Assembly: GCF_006345805.1 (NCBI RefSeq)
Contig: NW_021833473.1
Location: 1-64,000 of the forward strand
DNA: 64,000 bases
Source: Octopus sinensis
Lineage: Eukaryota
Direction of reading: 5' to 3'
Both the position numbers and the translations under genes were made by a program. The notes under the pieces are model-generated. The model saw only the letters and a program-made list of their open reading frames with translations. It made no database searches and was not told where the DNA came from. Positions 12,771 through 25,427 of the stretch are shown here, in pieces (the stretch's first letter is position 1; each line of letters starts with the position of its first letter).

Positions 12771-13499
12771 ATGATGATGATGATGATGATGATGATGATG
12801 TGGAGGAGGAGGAGGAGGAGGAGGAGGAGGAATAAATAAATAAAGAAAGAAAGAAATAAAGAAAGAAAGAAAGAAGGAAGGAAATATCGAATTAAAACAA
12901 AAAGAGATAATAAATATGGAAAAGAAGACCGGAAGGGGAATAGAAGACTTGAAATAAACGATGAGTCAGTTTTCTCGAAGACAGAAAAGTAAATCTAGCG
13001 AACTGAGCGACAAAGGAAAGTTTGAAAGAAAGAAATACCGACAGTGAACAGAGATTACAAGTTGTAGAAAGCTTGGAGATAACAGAGAAGAATGTAACTA
13101 GATTAGTAAACATAAAAGAATAAGGAAGAGTTAGCAAACATTTATAGCATGATTAAGGTACATCGACAAAATCTGATTATACTCGACAGTAAGAAAATAT
13201 TCTGATATGATGACATGTTTAAGATACAAGTAAATACTGTCCTCAGATACTTATGATTTAATGTGGAGCTACGCACGTCATAGAAACACGTGTTCGATTG
13301 ATAAAAGAAAAAAAAGAGAGAGAATGAAGCCGATTATATTGGGCGCTGAGAAAATGTAATGATGTCTAGTAAATGATATGGGTTAGCAACATCACAGATA
13401 TCAATGATCTCTTATATGTCGTGGAGCTACTGGAAGTTAAATCTGAAACATAGCACAAAGCAAAAATATGTGGAAACAATTGTAGTGATTTTAAATAAC

Positions 13500-14228
13500 C
13501 CAGAAAGGATGAGAGGCAAAGTCGACCTCGGCCGAATTTGAACTCAGAACGTAAAGACAGACGAAATACCTATTTCTTTACTACCCACAAGGGGCTAAAC
13601 ACAGAGAGAACAAACAAGGACAGACAAATGGATTAAGTTGATTATATCGATCCCAATGTGTAACTGGTACTTATTTAATCGACCCCGAAAGGATGAAAGG
13701 CAAAGTCGACCTCAGCAGAATTTGAACTCAGAACGTAGCGGCAGACGAAATACTGCTAAGCATTTCGTCCGTGCTAACGTTTCTTATTTCTTTATTGCCC
13801 ACAAGGGGCTAAACATAGAGGGGACAAACAAGGACAGACAAACGGATTAAGTCGATTATATCGACCCCAATGTGTAACTGGTACTTATTTAATCGACCGC
13901 TAAAGGATGAAAGGCAAAGTCGACCTCGGCAGAATTTGAACTCAGAACGTAGCGGCAGACGAAATACTGCTAAGCATTTCGTCCGTGCTAACGTTTCTTA
14001 TTTTTTTATTGCCCACAAATGGCTAAACATAGAGGGGACAAACAAGGACAGACAGACGGATTAAGTCGATTATATCGACCTCAATGTGTAACTGGTACTT
14101 ATTTAATCGACCCCGAAAGGAAGAAAGGCAAAGTCGACCTCAGCAGAATTTGAACTCAGAGCGTAGCGGCAGACGAAATACTGCTAAGCATTTCGTCCGT
14201 GTTAACGTTTCTGCCAGCTCGCCGCCTT
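13500..14228 (-). mobile_element. family A SINE multimer (about 3.5 units)
   Basis: Head ends ctgccagctcgccgcc at ~14226; junctions near 13570, 13790 and 14000. Confidence 0.88.
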
Positions 14229-14459
14229 AAACCGGTTCAATATTGAAAGAGAAAACGTCAGAATGTGTATAGACTATCTGAACGTTGGACAAATTTGTGG
14301 TTATTAGATGAGCTATGGTGAACAACTCGCATCATTCTTCATCGAAGCATTGCATTTGGCTTTTTAGATGGGTGGTTTTCAACCGGGGTCTGTACGGCCC
14401 TTAGGGGTCCATATAAGATTTGTTGTTAAAAGTTATGTACAGTAAATTAGTTATTTCAT

Positions 14460-14961
14460 GGAAAAATGAGAGCATGAAAAGTAATATTCTTAAGATTATA
14501 AACTTGGAAAAGTATAAGACAAGTTATTACACCTGGAAAAGTATAGGACAAGCTATTACTTCTAGTAAAGTAAAGAATAAGAAACTTTTTACTTAAAATA
14601 TTGAAGCAAAGAATGCCAGTTCTTCTAATTTATTACTCTTTACAGTTCTCATCTTTTAAATCTATTAAATTTATTGTACAAAACTATTCAGCTAATTTGT
14701 AAGTTTGTCTAATTAGTCACTTTTTTCGTAAAGTAGCCAAATTCTACTTAAAATAAGTATAGTGTTATTTGTAAACTATAAGAAAATAATTTTTAATATT
14801 CATATTTTAATTTTAGCTGCAATATTTAAGTAAAAAGTTTCTTATTCTTTATTTTACTAGAAATAATAGCCTGTCCTATACTTTTCCAGGTGTAACAACT
14901 TTCCTGAACTTTTCCAAGTTTATAATCTTAAGAATATTACATTTCATGCTCGCATTTTTCC
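14460..14961. mobile_element. MITE-like element, ~148-bp terminal inverted repeats
   Basis: ggaaaaatgagagcatgaaaagtaatattcttaagattataaacttggaaaag (14460) versus cttttccaagtttataatcttaagaatattacatttcatgctcgcatttttcc (ending 14961); no TSD seen. Confidence 0.82.
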
Positions 14962-16768
14962 TTGTAATCCATGATTTTTCCCGACATTGCTGTTATAAGA
15001 TAATTAATAATGTGTCAGTTAATAATTTAAGATTTTAATTTATAAAATACTGAAAGATAATATTTCAATTTTTCCATGTAAGTGATGATAATATTTCAAT
15101 TTTTTTCATGTTTAATTTAAATATATGTTGTGATTGAATTATTTGATATTACCCATCGACACCAAATTAATGGCAGGGAATTTTACCATCTTGTTGGTTG
15201 CACCATGGCTCACCAAAAGTTACAAACAACGAGACCCCAAAACCATCAGTTACCAGGCTTAAGTAACCTAGGTTTTGAGTTGGGGATAACAGCACTGACT
15301 GCTGCTAATCTAGATCTATCAATAATTATTCAATACAACAGTAATTATAAAAGCATATCAGACATACACAAGTTAAAATTACCTACATCCCATTAATATA
15401 AATTTAATTTATGAAAAATCCCTTTTAATTAATTTTGAAATTTAAAAAGTAAATTTAGAATATAAGCACTTTTAACCAGTGCCTTTTGTGGACAGCCTTA
15501 CTACTTGCCTTCAGATCTGCCCGTAGAGACACAGCCAAAAATGACTATATTCCTGTCCCAATAAATTTAGATGCACATATCTGAGGCATATAACACATTA
15601 ATGAACTAGCCTGATTAAATAAATAACTAAAGAGGAAAAGTAAAAAGAAGTAGAAAGCAATTTAATTAAAGCTGTAAGAAAAAATTTAATAATAAAAATT
15701 AGACATACCCTAATTCAATAGCATATTAAAAATAACTTTATTAAAAAAATAAAATATACGAAAAGTAAAGTCGACCACGGTGGAATTTGAGCTCAAAATG
15801 AAAAGACACGAAATACTGCTAAGCATCTCGCCACCTCAACACGTTAGAATTTAAACATCTATTTTAGAAATATATTCTTATCTTAACATTATTGCTTGGG
15901 GCGATACTTCTTACTTCTTCGCTTACTAACAATAAATTTCATGACATTTCACCTCATAACATTTTTTCTACTAATTTGTGTTCAATGTGACAAAATATTC
16001 TGAATTCTTCATGCATTTTTCTATCATTTAAGTCTAAGAAAAGCATACTTTTATTTTAAATTTTTAAAAAATTACGCTAATTGAAGATGAATAGGTACCT
16101 TACTGCCCACCTTTAGACCCGACATATTTTGATGTAACTTTTTTTCTACTGAACCAAATTTCAAACTATTTATGCCAAAGTGTAGCTGAGGAGATATCCT
16201 CTTTAAGACTGTTAAAAGTTTGCAATTTAGTTGAGAACTGAATTAGTGGTGAAACTTGGAATCTGCTGCGATTGACGAAATGGTGGACCTAAGGATATAT
16301 TCAACCACGGTAGTGGTTGAATGATACACAAAATGTTTTATCAGTTTTTTTTTATACAGTTTCAAAACATATTTAATCCTAAAAATATAATAGGATTTTT
16401 TAAACATCGAATGGCTATGAGGGTCCACCTGACTGAAATCGAAATCAAGGGGTCTATAGGTAAAAAAAAAAAATTGTCGAGAATCACTGTTTTAGATAGT
16501 TGTGAATGAAACAAATTGCACCTTGATTAAAATTACCATCCGTATTAAATCAGGATTTGTAGGAAAAAAAGGGAATTTATAGAACAGAAAAAAATAGTAA
16601 ATAAATAATAATAAAAATCAAAAATAACATACTGTAGACTGATGACAGGATTTTTCTCATGAGGGACGTAGCACATTCGCTTATGGTTTTACTCTGGTTG
16701 TGCAAATGAGTGATCAATGACACTCTCGTGATTGTTCCCTTCAAAATAACTGTGTATTTAGTGCAATT

Positions 16769-16892
16769 GAAATTTTGACTCAGACTCTCAGAAATTTTGT
16801 CTCAGACTCTCAGAAATTTTGACTCAGACTCTCAGAAATTTTGACTCTGACTTTCAGAAATTTTGACTCAGACTCAGAAATTTTGACTCTCA
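16769..16892. repeat. 22-bp minisatellite, about 5.7 copies
   Basis: gaaattttgactcagactctca at 16769, 16791, 16813, 16835, 16857 (20 bp) and 16877 (partial). Confidence 0.92.
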
Positions 16893-16937
16893 ATAGCTGC
16901 AAATATCCAACATTTTTATGTTTTATGCTTCCTGCTT

Positions 16938-17290
16938 TATCTTTTACTCGTTTCAGTCATTGTACTGTGGCCATGCTGGGGCATCGCATTGAAGGGTTTT
17001 AGTTGAACAAATCAGCCCCAGTACTTATTTTTTAAAGCCTGATACTTAACCTTGCCGAACCGCTAGGTTACAGGGACGTCAACAAACCAGCACCAGTTGT
17101 CAAGCGTTGTTGAGGGGCAAACACGAAGACACACGCATTGATGCACAAACACATACACGCACACACACACACATGATGGTCTTCGTTCAGATTCCGTCCA
17201 CCAAATCTACTCACAACGCTTTGGTCAACCCACAGATATAGTACAGGATAATCGACCAAGGTGCCATGCAGTAGAACTAAACCCAGAATC
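16938..17290 (-). mobile_element. diverged family B SINE
   Basis: cttttactcgtttcagtcatt..ggccatgctgg..gccgaaccgctagg..caaggtgccatgcagtagaactaaaccc. Confidence 0.75.
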
Positions 17291-18714
17291 TCGCCATACA
17301 CTCATGCCGACGCCATTTTGCGTAATTTTCTGAGAAACTCTTGTGTGCTTCTGTCTGCGTGGCAGTATAATACATTCTTATAGTTTTGTATATAAATATT
17401 TAGGTGTATAAGTAATCTAGAATCGGTTTTAAGATAGGAAAAATATATTAATATCTACCAGGAGAAACATGACCACCTGCTAATCAGGGGCGATCGCCCA
17501 GAAGCCGGTGTTTTTCATATAAGTTAGTAACGGGTATGTAGATTGCTAAAGAATAGATTTCTATTCTTCAACTAAAAGGAGAAATATCGTTCTGATATTA
17601 ATGCTTTGCACCAATGATTTGATTTCTTAGCCGTTATTTCATCTTTGTTCTGTATATTTCAACTGATATATTCTCAGGCATAAATAACAATAATAATTTT
17701 ACCTTAACGTATATCAATGAATTAAATGGACCAAATGAAACCAGACCAAACAAGATCAAACCGAACCATTCCTTCATATCCAATGTTATCTTAAATCTGA
17801 TATGTTGTATCTTGAAATTATATTTAATTCATTTCCTAAACAATTTCATTTTCTCGTTTCAAATCTTCTTGTGTTATTACATCGGCAAGTGTACTTGAAT
17901 AAATTTCATAAATTCCTTTTAAGATGGAAATTCCTATTCTTTATGTTAGGGGATTATTTTATTGTATTTCGTTATTATTTTTTCAACACATTTTCATTAG
18001 TGTGTGTTCTTATAAACTATCAACAAGAATTTAATCTACCAGTTTTTCATATCAGATAAAATTTCGATACAATGCTTTTGTCATTCTTAATCCCACCTGG
18101 ATAGCAATGCGTTTGTTCGCTTTGTTCAACTAGATTTCAGTGAGAAATCTACAGCAGGTTTTATAGGAAATTCAAATTATTTGCTTGGTGCTAAACGAAG
18201 CATGATTATAACAGAGATGAAGAAATAGAAGAGTATTTCCACAAAGCTAATGCTATCATTCTTGAAATATACTGCAGCAGATTGAATTAGTGTCAAAGAA
18301 ATCAATAGATTCTTCTTTGATTACACTACAATATGAGCAATCGTTTTTCTGATATTCTCTTGGGATCAAATCTTTTTGTAGCATTTTCAACTAACTTTTG
18401 ATGTCTTGTTTCTAACTAAGACTCTCTCTCTCCATTCGGACTGCCAATTTCCTAAAATTAAATCAACCAGTTATTTCCTAAACTCAAACCTCGACTGAAT
18501 ATGAAATAAGAAACAATTTTCATTATTTTAGAAAGGTATTTTTGATTCCCTAATTTGAAAAATGGCTTTCATTTTAAGGGCAGATTAGAAACTAATTTGG
18601 GAGTAGAGCAGCAATTACCGTTAAGTCCATATGATTTTTCTCTTTTGTTACCATTGAATAGATTCTGAATTAGCAAAAGAGGAGAGCTTTTCATTTTTGT
18701 TCTGGAACATCATG

Positions 18715-18715
<1 letters not shown>

Positions 18716-18777
<62 letters not shown>

Positions 18778-19050
18778 GCAACAACAGCAGCAGAAGCAGC
18801 AGTGATAGTAGTAGCAGTAGCAGCACCAGCAGCAGCAGCATAAGCAAAAACAGCAACAGCTGTAGTAGTAGTAGTAGTAGTAGTGGTAGTAGTAGTAGTA
18901 GTAGTAGTAGTAGTGACGACGATTGCAATTATTGATGACGATGATGACGATGATGATGATGATGATGACGATAATATGACAATGATGATGATGATAGTGA
19001 TGCTGATGATGATAGTTGTGGGGGTCATTGTGATGATCATGCTGATGAAA
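18716..19050. repeat. compound trinucleotide microsatellite (ATA)(CAG)(TAG)(GAT)
   Basis: Successive triplet blocks. Confidence 0.92.
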
Positions 19051-19089
19051 AGATTCCATCTCAAAAGAACTACAATATGTGTGTGTATG

Positions 19090-20282
19090 GGTATGTATGC
19101 ATATATGTATGTATGTATTTATATGTGTGTGTATGCATGCATGTATGCATGCATGTATGTATGTATGTATGTATGTATGTATGTATGTATGTATGTATGT
19201 ATGTATGTATGTATGTATGTATGTATGTATGTATGCATGCGTATAGTATATATGTATGTACGTATGTTTGTTATTATGTATGCATGTAGTATAATGTACG
19301 TGTGTATGTACATATGTATGTAGTATTTATCTATGTTTCTATATACATACGCATGTATGTAGCATCTATGTATATATGAATGTAGTATGTATGTATGTAT
19401 GTATGTACGTACGTATGTATGTATGTATGTATGTATGTATGTATGTATGTATGTATGTATGTATGTATGTATGCATGTATGTGGTATATATCTACGTATC
19501 TATGCACGTATTCATGTAAGAAGTATGTATGCATATATGTATGTAGTATACATGTATGCATGCATGTATGTAGTATGTATGTAAATACGCATCTATGTAT
19601 GCATGCATGAATGTATGGGTGCATGCATTCATGCATGTATACATGCATGCATGAATGTATGTATGTATGTATGTATGTATGTATGTATGTATGCATGCAT
19701 GCATTATGTATGTATGTATGTATGTATGTATGTATGTACGTATGTATGTATTTATGTATGTATGTATGTATGTATGTATGCATGCATGTATGCATGCATG
19801 TACGTATGTATGTACGTATGTATGTATGTATTTACGTATGTATGTATGTATGTATGTATGTATGCATGCATGCATGTATACATGTATGTATGCATGTATG
19901 TATGCATGTATGTATGTATGTATGTATGTATGTAAGTATGTATGTATGTATGTATGCATGCATGTATGTATGTATGCATGCATGTATGTATGTATGCATG
20001 CATGTATGTATGTATGCATGCATGTATGTATGTATGCATGTATGTAATGTAATGTAATGTAATGTAATGTAATGTATGTATGTAATTTACGTATGTATGT
20101 ATGTATGTATGTATGTATGCATGCATGCATGCATACATGTATGTATGCATGTATGTATGCATGTATGTATGTATGTATGTATGTATGTAAGTATGCATGC
20201 ATGCATGTATGTATGTATGTATGTATGTATTAAGTATGCATGCATGCATGTATGTATGTATGTATGTATGTATGTATGTATG

Positions 20283-20313
<31 letters not shown>

Positions 20314-20335
20314 TGTAATGTAATGTAATATATGT
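19090..20335. repeat. long (ATGT)n / (ATGC)n array
   Basis: About 1.25 kb of atgt units with atgc/acgt variants; source of the MYVC and HTYI ORFs. Confidence 0.95.
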
Positions 20336-20927
20336 ATGTATTAATAATAGGCGGAATAAGATTCCATCGATTTGTCAAGTATGAAAAGGTCCTATTGGAC
20401 TCCGGCTGAAATAACATTTGAAGGCTGCTAACATTAATAGCTCGTATTCATTTCAGTTTTCTATTAATAATATTCATATCCTGTAGCCTATTTTAGTGTT
20501 TAATAAGAAAAAAAAATGAGAAAAAATATCAAAAACAAATGCTAAAATAAAACGAAAAAGAAAAGACATGATGCTAATGTGCCCAGAAGGAAGAAAATAA
20601 TCACCTAACTACATAAAAGACTTCAGCTAATAAATTCCATATTATATAATGAGTGATACCCGTGTAATCTAAATTCTAACATCATAGGATCTATATACAA
20701 TGTATGCAATCAGATTATGATAATTTGGTGGAGATACAATATATAGAAGGAATATGTTGCTGTTGATGATGATGATGATGATGATGATGATGTTTGGCCT
20801 AAGGTTGGCCTACCCCCAAGGTCAGCCTATCTTTTACTTGTTTTGGTGATTGAACGGCAACCGAGCTGGGGCACAGCCTTGAAGGATTTTAGTCTAACGA
20901 ATTGAACCTAGTCCTTTTATTTTTTGT

Positions 20928-21217
20928 GGAGGCACATGGCCTAGTGGTAAGAGCAGCGGACTCGCGGTCGAGGAATCGCGGGTTCGAATCTCAGACTGGG
21001 CGATGTGTGCGTTTATGAGCGAAAACACCTAAGCTCCATGCAGCTCCAGCAGAAGGTAATGGCGAACTTCTGCTGACTCTTTCGCCACAGCTTTCTCCCA
21101 CTCTTTCCTCCTGCAACTTGCAGCTCACCTGCGACGGACCGGCATCCTGTCCAGGTGGGGAACCTATACGCCAAGGAAACCGGCCCTTATGAGCCAGGCA
21201 TGGCTCGAGTAGGAACA
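20928..21217 (+). mobile_element. family C SINE (tail type 2)
   Basis: ggaggcacatggcctagtggtaagagcagcggactcgcgg..ggttcgaatctc; tail ...gagccaggcatggctcgag. Confidence 0.82.
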
Positions 21218-21638
21218 AACCTTTTATTTTTAAAGGTTTACATTTTGTTGTCTTTTTTTTTCCGAAGCGCTAAGTTATGGGGACGTAAACAAACCAACGT
21301 CGGTCGTCAGGCGGTGGTGAGGAACAAACACCCCCGCACGCACGCACACACATATGTATGGAAGTGTGTATGCGTGATGTAGAATATATATATATATATT
21401 GGGTCTAGAGCGGCGAGCTGGCAGAATCGTTAGCAATATTTCGTCTGCCGTTACGTTCTGAGTTCAAATTCCGCCGAAGTCGACTTTGCCTTTTATCGTT
21501 TCGGAGTCGGTTAAATAAGTACCACTGGGGTCAATCCGTTTGTCTATCTTTGTCCCTTCTATGTTTAACCCATAATACATGCTAGTTTGCATACCGTTAG
21601 TGTTAACACTTTGGTCGGCCTGAAGCTATAATAGAATA

Positions 21639-21870
21639 AGGCGGCGAACTGGCAGAATCGTTAGCACGTCGGGTGAAATGCTTAGCGGTATTTCGTCTGC
21701 CGCTACGTTCTGAGTTCAAATTCCGCCGAGGTCGACTTTGCCTTTCATCCTTTCGGGATCGATAAATAAAGTACCAGTTTCGCACTGGGGTCGTTGTAAT
21801 CGACTTAATCCGTTTGTCTGTCCTTGTTTGTCCCCTCTAATATTAGCCCCTTGTGGGCAATAAAGAAATA
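21639..21870 (+). mobile_element. family A SINE monomer, 12-bp TSD
   Basis: TSD tataatagaata at 21627-21638 and 21871-21882. Confidence 0.9.
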
Positions 21871-22064
21871 TATAATAGAATACACTTGCCTAAGGGGTCG
21901 CCCGCTGGAACTTCTAAACCACGTAACCAATCATGCGCCTATTATTCAACAAAACTAAGGCGGCAAGGATTTGACCGTAAAACCATTGCCAACCATTGGA
22001 ATCGATTTAAATCATCTGTCACCACAAACAGAAAGAAAGAATGAATGAATGAATGAATGAATGA

Positions 22065-22112
<48 letters not shown>

Positions 22113-23128
22113 AATGAAGGAAGGAAGGAAGGAAAGACTGAAGGAAGACGTATGGTTTTGTACCAAAGTTGGAAATATTTACTACAATCCTGTATCTTAA
22201 GACAAACGTGTATGGCTTCTTTTGTCGGTTCGTTAAGGTAAACCACTCCGTGCTTCTGTTCACCCTTTCAATAATTCTTCTTTATACTAAGCTACTGATA
22301 GAACAAGTTCTCCAATCGTTGGCATTAAAGGATAGGGTTTGAAAGATCTCTGAACTGTGACCTGTTTGTTTCATAAGTTTATCTTTCACCAATGTAACAT
22401 ATCGGTTATAGTATTTGATGAAACTAATATGTAATGCATTAGCTTTCTTCTGCCGTCAAATAACATGCTTATCGAGTTAGTTCAATATGAATGTAAGTTG
22501 CCTTGGAACATAGCTTGGAACATTCTGAGTTGCTGTAACTGTTGTTATGTGATATATTTATTTTTGATGTTTCTTGCAAATATTTAATGCATTGAAAACA
22601 GTAATGTGTTGTAAGGAAACAAAAGAGGATTAGTCTAGACTTAGCTTTAGCTGAAGAAATGCCTTCATCTGCATAAGCTAAAAAAATAAACTTACCTTTC
22701 CTGTACGTCACAAGCAAAATATATCTCCTTTTCAAAATAATTATTTCATATATCCTTGATTCAATAAGCAAACTATAATTTCAATGAAATATCGAGTTAC
22801 TTAAACTTTTTCAACAAAAGAAAGAGAATAAGGAAGGAAGACCGAAAGGAAGAAAGAACGAAAGGAAGAAATAAAACAAGAAATATCACTATTTCAATAC
22901 AATTCTGTCAAGTAGAAATGCAACTATGAATTTTTATCTATGTTAAGCTAAATGTTATTGTGCTAAACAAATTCTAAAGTGACGCTTCTTAATCTTTTTG
23001 ACATAGTGAATGTACTTTCGATCAGACAAATTGTGACTGGTGTACTTCGTATGAAAAGGTTATTCTTTTTTAATATTTTAAAGTAAAATTTCAGAAATAT
23101 TACACAGAAAATGATTGCTTTTCGACTA

Positions 23129-23528
23129 TCTTTATATATAAAAGTAAGGTTGTGTGCTGTCTGTCTCCTACGATTTAGATTCCTAACTACTCCCACATTT
23201 TGCGGTGCAGTTTAACCCAAACCGGGTATCTTATAGTCGTGATTCATATCGAGCCCTTCTGAGTATTAGCGCGCGTCTACGATGAGTCGACGATTTAAAA
23301 AAAAATTTACCATCATTTTTTCCATTTTAATGCATTTTTTCGCTATTATATAAGGGAAGTAACTCTCTAAAAATGTCTACGATGAGTCAACGATTTAAAA
23401 AAAAAATTACCATAATTTTATTTCCATTTTTAATGCATTTTTTTGCTATTTTTTGGCTATAACTCTCTAAAAATGCTTATATAGTTATTTCCCTTACAAA
23501 CCCGAGCAACGCCGAGCGATACTGCTAG
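23129..23528 (+). mobile_element. non-autonomous Helitron
   Basis: A|TC start (tctttatatataaaa), subterminal cccgagcaacgccgag hairpin, CTAG|T end; internal ~100-bp tandem duplication (23275 and 23375); homologous to 46739-47248. Confidence 0.88.
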
Positions 23529-23674
23529 TATTTTATAAATGGCATTTGTGTATAACAAAATGATGAACAATGTGTTTCAAGAAACTGGGGCGTTAATATG
23601 GATATTTTAAAACCTTAACTTACACGTTTAAAAGTCCGTAGAACACCTAAATGCTTCTGTTCTATATTGTTATT

Positions 23675-23967
23675 TGTTTCTTCTCGAGTCATGCCTGGCT
23701 CATAAGGGCCAGTCTCCCGGTTATCTTAGCGTATAGGATCCCCACCTGGACGGGACGCCGGTCCGTCGCAGGTGAGCTGCAAGATGCAGGAGAAAAGAGA
23801 GAAAGTTGTGGCGAAAGAGTCAGCAGAAGTTCACCATTACCTTCTGCCGGAGTCGCGTGGAGCTTAGGTGTTTCGCTCATAAACACACACATCGCCCGGT
23901 CTGAGATTCGAACCCGCGATTCCTCGACAGCGAGTCCGCTGCTCTAACCACTAAGCCATGTGCCTCC
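23675..23967 (-). mobile_element. family C SINE (tail type 2)
   Basis: Reverse-complement match to 20928-21217. Confidence 0.82.
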
Positions 23968-24194
23968 ACGTTTTATATCGTAGGGATGGGGAATTATGTA
24001 CAGTATTTTACATTGGACGGATAGGTGACCTCACCTTGTTTGTTATTATCACAACGTTTCATGTATTCTCCAGCCTTCATCACGAGTCCCGGTGGAATTT
24101 CGAACCCAACCTTTTATGTTACAACTGCGGTACTCTGTTCTAATTTCTAAGGTATTTTTTGTTGATGTTATTATCATTATTTATTCAAGTCTCT

Positions 24195-24258
24195 GACTGA
24201 GATTGAACCCGGAATCCTAGGGTTAGTAACCCGCGTTCCTAACCACTACGCTATATGC
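24195..24258 (-). mobile_element. isolated tRNA-like SINE head
   Basis: Minus gcatatagcgtagtggttaggaacgcgggttactaaccctaggattccgggttcaatctcagtc (A-box and B-box like). Confidence 0.6.
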
Positions 24259-24317
24259 AAAATATACTTTAGAGTACCTCATTTGTCAAATAAAGGGTTA
24301 GGTTCGAAATTCCACCA

Positions 24318-24366
24318 GGGCACCTGATGAAGGCTGGAGAGTATATCAGCCGAAACGTTTGTGTTT
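24318..24366 (+). ncRNA. candidate type I minimal hammerhead ribozyme (PLE-type)
   Basis: gggcac-CTGATGA-A-GGCTG-gagagtatat-CAGCC-GAAAC-GTT-t-gtgttt; perfect core, palindromic ACGT stem III, stem I off by one T. Confidence 0.6.
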
Positions 24367-24628
24367 GATCCCTACCACGACGTGACGTAGCGGTTCGGCA
24401 AAAAAAGACCGATAAAATAAATATCAAGCTTTGCAAAGAAATTGTAAGTACTGGAGTCGAATGCATTCCAGTAAAAATTCTTCAAGGTGGTGCCCCAGCA
24501 TGGCCATAGTCATATGACTGAAACAATTAAAAGATAAAAGTTAAAAGAGCTATGAATATAATGCCAGAAGGATGGCTTTCAAATGGGGCATTAATCTCTT
24601 TAGCGTCTTATAATAATTTTCCTTCTCA

Positions 24629-25200
24629 CTCCGTTACTTTGCCCGTCTGTAACGCTTCCATGCGATTAGTTGAAGGGGAGAAAGAGGGGAGAGGAGGGGG
24701 AAGGAGAAAGAGGAGAGGGGAGGTATTGGGGAGAGATGGGAAGGAGGAGATTGTGGTGTGTGAAATGTGTAACTGTTTTGTTGACCAATTCTTGTTTCTC
24801 CGTTACTTAGCCCGTCCGTAACACTGCCACGTTATTAGTTGAAGGGGAGGAAGAGGAGAAAGGAGGGGAGAAAGAGAAAGAGGAGAGAGGAGGTATGGGA
24901 GAGAGATGGGACGGAGGAGGTTGTGGTGTGTGAAATGTGTAATTATTTTGTTAACCAATTCTTGTTTCTCCGTTACTTAGCCCGTCCGTAACACTTCCAC
25001 GCGATTTGTTGTAAGGGAAGGAAGAGGAAGAGAGGAGGGAGAAGGAGAAAGAGGGTAAGTATGGAGGAGAGATGGGGAGGAGGATGTTGTAGTGTGTGAA
25101 ATGTGTATTTTTCTCCGTTACTTAGCCCGTCTGTAACGCTTTCACATGATTAGTTGAAGAGAAAGGTGAAGAGCGAAAGGAAAAGGAGAGAAAAAAGAGG
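24629..25200. repeat. purine-rich ~170-bp tandem repeat, about 3.5 copies
   Basis: ctccgttact[t]agcccgtc at 24629, 24798, 24968 and 25113 (periods 169, 170, 145); each unit has a long GA-only tract. Confidence 0.88.
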
Positions 25201-25427
25201 GCAAAGAGAAGAGTGAGAGAGAAAGAGGGAAGGTGTTGTGTATTAAGTCTATAAAATTGTGCATAAATTATATAAAGTGTATATATATATATGAGGAGCG
25301 TTAAGAAATCATTGTATTCCAATTTCCTTCACTTGTCAATGATTAACTATCTTTTGATACAGACACAACACAAGCTACGCTTTCATTTTTTTTTGATGAA
25401 TTTTTCATAAATAATCCAATAAATTTA

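Noticed and set aside
12890-13140. Possible GIY-YIG C-terminus (RLQVVESLEITEKNVTRLVNIKE)
   Set aside because: A single loose motif in purine-rich low-complexity sequence.
18648-20417. Many long ORFs (MYVC.., HTYI.., poly-V/L/D)
   Set aside because: Translations of stop-poor microsatellites; the same applies to the ORFs at 961-1338, 9888-10340, 27380-29832, 37755-39769, 43724-44466, 47445-48013, 54998-55368, 60389-60861 and 62122-62574.
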